Both the position numbers and the translations under genes were made by a program. A stretch of 64,000 nucleotides of DNA from Planctomycetota bacterium. GTDB lineage: Bacteria; Planctomycetota; UBA1135; UBA2386. The stretch's first letter is position 1. The number at the start of each line of letters is the position of its first letter. The stretch covers positions 5,440,001-5,504,000 of the forward strand of contig JBKAGP010000001.1 of the NCBI GenBank assembly GCA_046290465.1, read 5' to 3'. A model generated the notes under the pieces. It worked only from the letters and a program-made list of their open reading frames with translations, had not been told where the DNA came from and searched no databases. This document shows, one piece after another, positions 13,183 to 20,510 of the stretch.

Positions 13183-13593
13183 CTACTCGGCCTTCAGCAG
13201 CTTGTCGATCTGCGACTGGATCGCCGGCTTCTTCTGGGTGTGACCGTCCTGCTTCCAGAGGACCTTGTCCTGGGCGTCGGTGATCACCATGCCGTGCTTG
13301 TCGAAGCCCAACTCCCGGATGTGCTCGGCCGCGCCGGGCGCGGTCGTCAGGAGGACCTCGAATTCCATCTTGCCGTCGTACTGTTCCGCGAGCTCATTCA
13401 CGATGCGCTCGACTTGGCCACAGAGGAATCAACCCTCGATGTTGTAGTACGTCAGCGTGAGCCTGCGAGCAGGCTGCGCGGGAGCTTCCGGCTTCGCGGT
13501 CGGCTCGTCGGCCGGGTTGTCGGTGACGGGTTCGCTGGTGCACGACGCGACGAACGCGAGCAGCAGCGCCCCGGAGAGGAGGTGCTTGATCAT
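13183..13593 (-). CDS. Thioredoxin-fold lipoprotein, probable selenoprotein (UxxC, Sec at TGA 13429-13431)
   Basis: ORFs 13429..13728 and 13183..13401 are in the same frame. Reading through the TGA gives MIKHLLSGALLLAFVASC...LTLTYYNIEG-U-FLC-GQVERIVNELAEQYDGKMEF...; 136 aa. Confidence 0.85.
13390..13410 (-). promoter_or_regulatory. Candidate bacterial SECIS hairpin
   Basis: GAGC-G-CAU-[CGUGA]-AUG-A-GCUC starts 18 nt after the UGA. The loop lies 26 nt from the UGA and has G at position 2 followed by U. Confidence 0.65.
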
Positions 13594-13898
13594 CGTGGCA
13601 GGATACCGGGCCGCGTGCCGCGGCGCGTGCGTTGTTCGCCGCCGCGGCGATCGCGGCTCGGCCGCGCGGGCGTCAGCGGCCGCCGGCTTCGTCCTGGGCC
13701 AGCAGCGAACAACCCAGCAGCGAAGCACAGAGTGCCAGCAGGCACGGCAGCAGTCTCGTCGTCATCTCGTCTCTTCCTCGTGAGCCGAAATCGGTATCCC
13801 CAGTGCCGCGAATCCGCAGGTTTTCCGGTCGCTCCGATCGTGCGGTGCCCCCGTTCGTGGTTGCATGCTGCGATATGGCCCCGACACTGGAGTCCACG

Positions 13899-14351
13899 AT
13901 GCACAAGACCCTGTTGACCGCCCTGCTCGCCGTCGCGCTGCCGACGACCTCGCTGTTCGCCCAGGAAGACGCCAAGCCGGCGACGCCGCCGATCAAGGCG
14001 GAGATGAAGAAGTTCGACAAGGCGCTCGACGCCGTGATCGACTTCCTCGAGAAGCCGTCGGACAAGGCGCCGATGAAGGAGGTCGCCGCCGCGCAGGCCG
14101 CGCTGCAGGAGTCGAAGCAGCACCCGCCGCGCATCACCGAGCAGCAGCCGAAGGAGAAGCAGGCCGAGTTCGTGCGCAACTACCGGCTCGCGATGAACAA
14201 GATGCTGCGTTCGATGCTCGACCTCGAGGACGCGCTGCTCAACAAGGACTACAAGGCCGCCGAGAAGGCCGTCGACGAGATGGTTGCGCAGAAGAAGACC
14301 GGCCACCGCACGTTCAAGGGTCGCCGCCGTCGTCGCTCGTCGGGCAAGTAG
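13899..14351 (+). CDS. Periplasmic cytochrome b562-like four-helix protein
   Basis: Signal peptide LFA-Q; all-helical; N-terminal Met (IKAEMKK) and C-terminal His (KKTGHRTF) positioned like the b562 Met/His heme ligands. Confidence 0.7.
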   Translation: MHKTLLTALLAVALPTTSLFAQEDAKPATPPIKAEMKKFDKALDAVIDFLEKPSDKAPMKEVAAAQAALQESKQHPPRITEQQPKEKQAEFVRNYRLAMNKMLRSMLDLEDALLNKDYKAAEKAVDEMVAQKKTGHRTFKGRRRRRSSGK

Positions 14352-14424
14352 TCGGCCCGAATTGCATCCGGGGAACCGTTCCCCGGGGCGAAACACGCTG
14401 CGCGACGCGCCCGTTGCGACGTGC

Positions 14425-14901
14425 ATGCGTGACCTGCCTGACCCGTCGCCCGACACCCCGACGCTCGCCGGACTGCGCGCGTCGTTCGACCGCCTCGAGC
14501 CGACGTCGAAGCCGCGATGGGGGCGCATGAACGCGCCGCAGATGCTGCTGCACTGCCGCACGTTCGTCGACCTGTGTCTCGGCCGGGTGCCGGTCGGGCT
14601 GCCGGTCCGGCTGCTTGCGCGCCTGCTCGGTCCGATGTTCCTCCGGCGCATGCTGGCGAAGTCACCGAGGCAGGCGCCCAAGGACCTGACGACGCTGAAG
14701 CCGCTGCGCACCGGCGACGCGCAGGTCGACCTCGACGGCGCGCGCCGCGATCTCGCCGCGCGCTTCGACGAACTCGAAGCGCTGCCGGCCGAGCACCGCC
14801 ACCCGCTCTACGGCCGCATGCGCAAGCAGGACGTGATCGCGCTGGTGCGCCACCACACCGCCCACCACGCCAACCAGTTCGGCCTGCTGCCCGACGCCTA
14901 G
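14425..14901 (+). CDS. DUF1569 / DinB-like protein
   Basis: PRWGRMNAPQMLLHC, HPLYGRM and HTAHHANQFG motifs. Confidence 0.85.
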   Translation: MRDLPDPSPDTPTLAGLRASFDRLEPTSKPRWGRMNAPQMLLHCRTFVDLCLGRVPVGLPVRLLARLLGPMFLRRMLAKSPRQAPKDLTTLKPLRTGDAQVDLDGARRDLAARFDELEALPAEHRHPLYGRMRKQDVIALVRHHTAHHANQFGLLPDA

Positions 14902-14957
14902 CGGGCAAAGCCCCGTCCGCATGCGTACACGCCGCTTCTGCGATCACGGTTGGAAGC
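14899..14957. repeat. Dispersed ~57-bp repeat, copy 1
   Basis: TAGCGGGCAAAGCCCCGTCCGCATGCGTACACGCCGCTTCTGCGATCACGGTTGGAAGC; 50 of 56 aligned bases match copy 2 at 32178. Confidence 0.8.
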
Positions 14958-15283
14958 CAGGCGATCCTGCCGCGCAGCCGTTCCTGTTCCTGGATGCGCG
15001 CGTCGAGCGCGTGCAGGTGTCGGTCCAGCACGGCCAGCAGTTCGCCGTCGGGTCGCTCCAGGCACGCCGCGACCTCCTGCAGCGACAGGCCCAGCTGCTT
15101 CAGCGACGCGATGCGCTGCAGCCGGAGCAGGTCCTTGGGCAGGTAGTAGCGGTGTCCCGCGGCCGTGCGTCCGGACGGACGCAGCAGGCCGAGCTCGTCG
15201 TAGTGGTGCAGCGCGCGAACGGACAGTCCGGTCGCCCTGGCCACGTCGCCGACCTTGAAGCGGGTGGGTTGGCTCGGGTTCAT
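14958..15283 (-). pseudogene. TipA-like MerR-family regulator, 3'-truncated
   Basis: FKVGDVARATGLSVRALHHYDELGLLRPSGRTAAGHRYY...LKQLGLSLQEV plus coiled coil. The frame then enters the repeat and runs antisense through DUF1569 to 14249 with no effector domain. Confidence 0.7.
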
Positions 15284-15289
15284 GCGCAG

Positions 15290-15320
15290 ATGGTCCGACC
15301 TCACGTCGCGTGAGGAGCAA
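15290..15320 (-). promoter_or_regulatory. MerR-type promoter with operator palindrome
   Basis: -35 TTGCTC, 19-bp spacer overlapping the palindrome CCTCACG-CGA-CGTGAGG (15299-15315), -10 GACCAT, ATG 6 nt downstream. Confidence 0.8.
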
Positions 15321-15593
15321 GCGGGAAACGAGCGAATAGCGTAGCCTGGGGCGCGCGGTGCCCGGGATCGAGCCGGCGCAGGTCGTGGTACACGCCAACG
15401 GGGACGTCACCCCGCTCCTCGTCACGTTCTGATGCGCTGCGACGGGTCGGTTGTCCCCAGGCTGCTCACACACGTTCCCCAGCCGCGTCCGGCGCGCCGC
15501 AGCCGTCCGGCGACGAGCACGCAAGCTCGGGCTTCAACCGGCCAGGAACCGCTGGTATGGTCCAATCGAACCTCTGCTGAGGAACGGTCAAAC

Positions 15594-16220
15594 ATGGTCA
15601 ACACGCTCCTTTCGTCCGCGCGCGGCCTCGTCAGCTGCGCCGCGGCGTGTGGTCTGCTGCTGCTCGCCGGCTGCAAGACTCCCAACCCGGTCGACGTCGA
15701 CGCGACGTTCGTGACCACTTCCGAGTTCACGACGCAAAGCCCGTCGATCCTGTCGCTGCTGCCGATCGAGGATGGCACCAAGGACGGCTCGGCCGCGCGC
15801 CACCTGACCTACCTCCGTCAGGAGATCAACCGCCAGCTGCCCGACCGCCTGTACGCGCCGACGCGCCAGACCTGGGTCGATGCGTCGCTGCGCGGCGCGG
15901 TGCCGGCGGGCGAGTCGATCCTGACCCCGGCGACGCTCGCGAGCCTCGCCCGTTCGGGCAAGGACGACGCGGTGCTGGCCGTGCGCGTGGCCGAGTGGGA
16001 CGAGTCGGCGCTGATGTCGACCCGCAAGGTGCGCTTCCAGTTCGAGGCCGCGATGGTGGCCAGCGACGGCACGCCGCTGTGGAGCGGCACGATCCAGGGC
16101 CGCGTCAAGGCCGGTGGCGCCGGCGCGGCGCCGCTCGGGCGGGACGCCTCGGCGCGCAGCTGCGTCGAGCTGGCCGTGCACGAACTGCTGCTCCGTCTGC
16201 CCGATCGCAGCGTCCGCTGA
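15594..16220 (+). CDS. Lipoprotein (GNA1162/DUF799-like fold possible)
   Basis: Lipobox LLAGC; ILSLLPI...DAVLAVRVAEWD...VASDGTPLWSG pattern. Confidence 0.7.
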   Translation: MVNTLLSSARGLVSCAAACGLLLLAGCKTPNPVDVDATFVTTSEFTTQSPSILSLLPIEDGTKDGSAARHLTYLRQEINRQLPDRLYAPTRQTWVDASLRGAVPAGESILTPATLASLARSGKDDAVLAVRVAEWDESALMSTRKVRFQFEAAMVASDGTPLWSGTIQGRVKAGGAGAAPLGRDASARSCVELAVHELLLRLPDRSVR

Positions 16221-16367
16221 GACCGGATCGTCGGGGCGCCCGATCGGCTGGAATGGCCGGATTCGGCTCGGCCCGAGGGCTCCGGATGTCCGATGCACCT
16301 GGATGCCGGCGCACTTCCCACGAGGACGTGGGTTTCCCACAAAGACGTGGGGAAATGGGCGCCGCGC

Positions 16368-16397
16368 TTGCGGCCGGGGTAGGCACGTCGCTATCCT
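16368..16397 (+). promoter_or_regulatory. Candidate sigma-70 promoter of rpsO
   Basis: TTGCGG-18 nt-TATCCT, about 125 nt upstream of rpsO. Confidence 0.45.
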
Positions 16398-16523
16398 GCT
16401 GCCGCATTAACGGGCCAACTGGGCCCGAAACCTGCTCGTCCGGATCCGCCGGGCGGGCCGACCACGCCTCCGGAAGCCCTGTTCTGGAGCGTTGGTTCTG
16501 AAACCCTCAACGAGGACACAGGG

Positions 16524-16793
16524 ATGACCATCGAACGCGATACCAAGAAGCAGATCATCTCCGACAACCGCCGTCACGATACCGACAGTGGTTCGCCGGA
16601 AGTGCAGATCGCCGTGCTGACGGCTCAGATCAAGGAACTGACCGCGCACATGCAGCGCCACCCGAAGGACTACCACAGCCGTCACGGTCTGCTGGCCAAG
16701 GTCAACCGGCGCAACAAGCTGAGCACCTATCTCCGTCGCACCGACCCGAAGAAGCACGCCGAACTGGCCGCCAAGCTCGGCCTGCGTCGCTGA
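16524..16793 (+). CDS. rpsO: 30S ribosomal protein S15
   Basis: 89 aa, DSGSPEVQIAVLT...HPKDYHSRHGLL...LGLRR; upstream of pnp. Confidence 0.98.
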   Translation: MTIERDTKKQIISDNRRHDTDSGSPEVQIAVLTAQIKELTAHMQRHPKDYHSRHGLLAKVNRRNKLSTYLRRTDPKKHAELAAKLGLRR

Positions 16794-17138
16794 ATCTCTC
16801 GGCCGACGAGCTCGAACGCGATCGATCTGCCTCGGGGTTCGCCACACCCCAGGAGACCCTCCTTTCGAACACATCGCGATCCTGCCGGCAGATGGCCGGG
16901 GGTCGCAACGACAGAACCCGATACCGCCACCGCCGCATCGTTTGCCGGTGGCCCCTCGCGCCAGCGACCGGAGATCCCGTCGCGGCGCCTCGCGATCCGG
17001 CCGAGATGACGCCGGTCGCACCAGCTGGCGAAGCGGGCAGGAGGTCCGCATCCCGATCGTGAGCCCCAGGTAGGGGCTGATCGGGGTTCGTCGGCGCTTC
17101 GACAACAGATCAAGAAGCAGAGAGAACCAAGAACCCAA

Positions 17139-20100
17139 ATGGCAACCAAGAAGAGCGCCGACGGCGCGAGCGCGACCAAGAAGACGCGCAGTTCCACCAC
17201 CCGCAAGGCCACCGCGCGCAAGACCACGAAGAAGGCCACCAAGAAGGCCTCCAAGAAGAGCGCGAGCAAGAAGGCGGTTGCGCCGGCCAGCGGCCACGTC
17301 GTCGTCGAGCGCGAGATCGGCGGCCGCACGCTGACCCTCGAGACCGGCCGCCTGGCCAAGCTCTCGGACGGCGCCGTGCTGGCGCGCTACGGCGACACGG
17401 TGGTGTTCGCTGCGGCCAACAGCAGCAAGGCCCCCGACTTCATGGACTTCTTCCCCCTGACGGTCGACTACCGCGAGAAGATGTCGGCTGCGGGCGTGAT
17501 CCCCGGCGGCTTCTTCAAGCGCGAAGGCCGGCCGAACACGAAGGAGATCCTGACCTGCCGGATCATCGACCGCTCGATCCGGCCGATGTTCCCCGACGGC
17601 TTCCGTCGCGACGTGCAGGTGCTGTCGCAGTGCATCGCCAGCGACCGGGAGAACGACGGCGACATCCTCGCCGCGATCGCGAGCTTCGCCGCGCTGGCGG
17701 TCAGTTCGCTGCCGCACGGCCGTTCGCTCGGCATGGTACGGATGGGCTACGTCGACGGCGAACTGGTCGTCAACCCGACCTGGACGCAGCTGCAGAGCGA
17801 GGAGAACAAGCTCAACCTGACGGTCGCCGGCCACTCGGACGCGGTCGTGATGGTCGAGGCCGGCGCCAAGGAAGTGAAGGAAGACGTCGTGCTCGAGGCG
17901 CTCGCCAAGGCGCACGAGGTCATCAAGGTCGTCGTCGAGATGGTCGAGGAGCTGGCCGAGAAGGCCGGCAAGCCGAAGATGGAGTTCGACGCTCCGGAGG
18001 CCGACGCCAAGCTCGAGGCCAAGATCGAGAAGGCGCACGGCAAGGCGCTGCGCGCCGCGCCGCTGACGCTCGGCATCAAGCAGGAGCGCCAGGCCGCGAT
18101 CAAGGAGGCCAAGGCGGCCGCCGAGGCCGACTTCGCCGCGCCGGCCGACATGGACGAGGCCGAAGCGAAGGCGCACAACAAGAAGGTCGGGGAGATCATC
18201 GGCAAGCTCGTCAAGCAGGGCGAGCGCGAGTCGATCCTCGACAAGGGCGTGCGTGCCGACGGCCGCGACACCTCGACGGTGCGTCCGATCACGATCGAGG
18301 TCGGCGTGCTGCCGCGCGTGCACGGCTCGGTGCTGTTCACCCGCGGCGAGACGCAGGCGCTCGGCGTCGTCACGCTCGGCGGCACCGATGACCAGCAGAT
18401 CATCGACGGCCTGATGCCGGAGCCGCGCAAGCGCTTCCTGCTGCACTACGCGTTCCCGCCGTTCTCGGTCGGGGAGACCAAGCGCATGCTGGCGCCCGGT
18501 CGCCGCGAGATCGGCCACGGCGCGCTCGCCGAGCGCGGCCTCGAGCCGCTGCTGCCGAGCCTCGAAGAGTTCCCCTACACGATCCGCGTCACCAGCGAGA
18601 TCATGGAGTCGAACGGCTCGTCGTCGATGGCCACGGCCTGCGCCGGCACGCTGTCGATGATGGACGCCGGGGTGCCGATCAAGCAGCCGGTCGCGGGCAT
18701 CGCGATGGGCCTGGTGATGGAGGGCAAGGACTATGCGATCCTGTCCGACATCCTCGGCAGCGAGGACGCGTGCGGCGACATGGACTTCAAGGTCGTCGGC
18801 ACCGGGCGCGGCATCACCGCGCTGCAGATGGACATCAAGTGCGAGGGCCTGACCCGAGAGATCCTCGCGGAAGCGCTCGAGCAGGCCAAGGAAGGCCGTC
18901 TGCACATCCTGCGGGAGATGCTCAAGGCGCTGCGTTCGCCGCGCAAGCAGCTCAGCCCGAACGCGCCGCGACTCGAGTCGGTGCAGGTGCCGAGCGAGAA
19001 GATCGGCCTGATCATCGGCCCCGGCGGCAAGAACATCCGTTCGATGCAGGAGGAGTACGAGGTCAAGATCTCGATCGAGGACAGCGGCCTCTGCACGATC
19101 ACCGGCGTCAACGGCGAGAAGGTCGACAAGTGCCTCGAGCACATCAAGGCGATGACCGCCGAGGTCGAACTCGGCACCGTCTACACCGGCCGCGTCACGG
19201 CGATCAAGGAGTTCGGCGCGTTCGTCGAGATCCTGCCGGGCCAGGAAGGCCTGGTGCACGTCAGTGAGCTCTCCAACGAGTTCATCCGGGCGGTCACCGA
19301 CGTCGTGCGCATCGGCGATGAGGTCGAGGTCAAGGTCATCGCGATCGACGACTTCGGCAAGGTCAAGCTGAGCCGCAAGGCGCTGATGGAGCCCGCCGAG
19401 GGCGGCGCCGAAGGTGGGGACGAGGGCGACGAAGGCCCGCGTGGCCGCCGCCCGCGTCGCGACGACGAAGGCGAGGAGCGTCCGCGTCGCTCGCGCGAGG
19501 AGCGTGGCGATCGCGGCGATCGCGAAGAGCGCCGGCCGCGCCGTAGCCGCGAGTGGGACGAAGAGGGCGAAGGTCGCGAAGAGCGCCCGGCCCGTGGTCG
19601 CGGCCCGCGCCGCGACGACGAGGTCGAGGATCGTCCGCGCCGCCCGGCGCGCGACGAGGACGGGGAGCGCGAGGAGCGCCGCCCGCGCCGCGGTCGCCGT
19701 GACGATCGCGACGACGAGGTCGAGGCCCGCGACGACGCGCCGCGCCGCGGCCGTCGCCCGCGTCGCGACGACGAAGGTGAGGATCGCCCGCGCCGTCCGC
19801 GTCGCGACGACGAAGGTGAGGATCGTCCGCGCCGTCCGCGTCGCGACGACGAAGGTGAGGATCGTCCGCGCCGTCCGCGTCGTGACGACCAAGGTGAGGA
19901 TCGTCCGCGCCGTCCGCGTCGCGACGACCAAGGTGAGGATCGTCCGCGCCGTCCGCGTCGCGACGACGCCGGGGACGACCGTCCGCGCCGCTCGCGTCGC
20001 GACGACGACGAGGATCGCCCGCGCCGCCCGCGCCGCGATGACGCCGGGGACGACCGCCCGCGCCGCGACGACGACGACGATCGCCCGCGCCGTTCGCGCC

Positions 20101-20372
20101 GGGACGACGAGGGCGACGAGCGCCCGCGCCGTTCGCGTCGCCGCGACGAAGGTGAGGATCGCCCGCGCCGTCCGCGCCGCGACGACGAAGACGAGCGCCC
20201 GAGCCGCCGCGGTGGCCGCAGCTCGTCGATGCCGATGGCCGAGTTCGACGAAGGCGGCAAGGAAGCCGGCTTCGGCGGCGAGCCCGAGCTGGAGTCGATC
20301 GACAGCGTGATCGGCGATGGCGAGGAGCGTCCGCGCCGCGGTCGTGGCCGCCGCCCGCGCCGCCGCGACTGA
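17139..20372 (+). CDS. pnp: Polyribonucleotide nucleotidyltransferase with Lys-rich N-tail and long R/D/E repeat C-tail
   Basis: DFFPLTVDYRE, RREIGHG, ESNGSSSMA, DMDFKV, KH domain (IGLIIGPGGKNI), S1 domain (FGAFVEILPG..GLVHVSE). Confidence 0.97.
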   Translation: MATKKSADGASATKKTRSSTTRKATARKTTKKATKKASKKSASKKAVAPASGHVVVEREIGGRTLTLETGRLAKLSDGAVLARYGDTVVFAAANSSKAPDFMDFFPLTVDYREKMSAAGVIPGGFFKREGRPNTKEILTCRIIDRSIRPMFPDGFRRDVQVLSQCIASDRENDGDILAAIASFAALAVSSLPHGRSLGMVRMGYVDGELVVNPTWTQLQSEENKLNLTVAGHSDAVVMVEAGAKEVKEDVVLEALAKAHEVIKVVVEMVEELAEKAGKPKMEFDAPEADAKLEAKIEKAHGKALRAAPLTLGIKQERQAAIKEAKAAAEADFAAPADMDEAEAKAHNKKVGEIIGKLVKQGERESILDKGVRADGRDTSTVRPITIEVGVLPRVHGSVLFTRGETQALGVVTLGGTDDQQIIDGLMPEPRKRFLLHYAFPPFSVGETKRMLAPGRREIGHGALAERGLEPLLPSLEEFPYTIRVTSEIMESNGSSSMATACAGTLSMMDAGVPIKQPVAGIAMGLVMEGKDYAILSDILGSEDACGDMDFKVVGTGRGITALQMDIKCEGLTREILAEALEQAKEGRLHILREMLKALRSPRKQLSPNAPRLESVQVPSEKIGLIIGPGGKNIRSMQEEYEVKISIEDSGLCTITGVNGEKVDKCLEHIKAMTAEVELGTVYTGRVTAIKEFGAFVEILPGQEGLVHVSELSNEFIRAVTDVVRIGDEVEVKVIAIDDFGKVKLSRKALMEPAEGGAEGGDEGDEGPRGRRPRRDDEGEERPRRSREERGDRGDREERRPRRSREWDEEGEGREERPARGRGPRRDDEVEDRPRRPARDEDGEREERRPRRGRRDDRDDEVEARDDAPRRGRRPRRDDEGEDRPRRPRRDDEGEDRPRRPRRDDEGEDRPRRPRRDDQGEDRPRRPRRDDQGEDRPRRPRRDDAGDDRPRRSRRDDDEDRPRRPRRDDAGDDRPRRDDDDDRPRRSRRDDEGDERPRRSRRRDEGEDRPRRPRRDDEDERPSRRGGRSSSMPMAEFDEGGKEAGFGGEPELESIDSVIGDGEERPRRGRGRRPRRRD
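19761..19955 (+). repeat. Coding tandem repeat, 5 x 39 bp (RRDD[E/Q]GEDRPRRP), with degenerate copies over about 19440-20200
   Basis: Units start at 19761, 19800, 19839, 19878 and 19917. Confidence 0.92.
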
Positions 20373-20510
20373 TCGGAACCCCGCGGCGCGCTGTCGAGCG
20401 CGCCGCCGACTGGGCCGCCCGGGCGATGCGCATCAGCGCATCCCGGGCCCGATCCTCAGGCCGGTCGCTTGTCGGCCAGGCCACTTCGCGACTAGCATGC
20501 CGCGACCTCG

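Noticed and set aside
13170..13185. TAGCGGCGAAGGC as a third copy of the dispersed repeat
   Set aside because: The match is only about 11 nt and could arise by chance at this GC content.
16357..16372. GG-N10-GC sigma-54-like site upstream of rpsO
   Set aside because: The -24 match is weak in GC-rich sequence and overlaps a better sigma-70 -35 element.
19761..20200. Regular 39-bp repeats resembling a CRISPR array
   Set aside because: Units are contiguous with no unique spacers, are in frame within pnp, and no cas genes are present.
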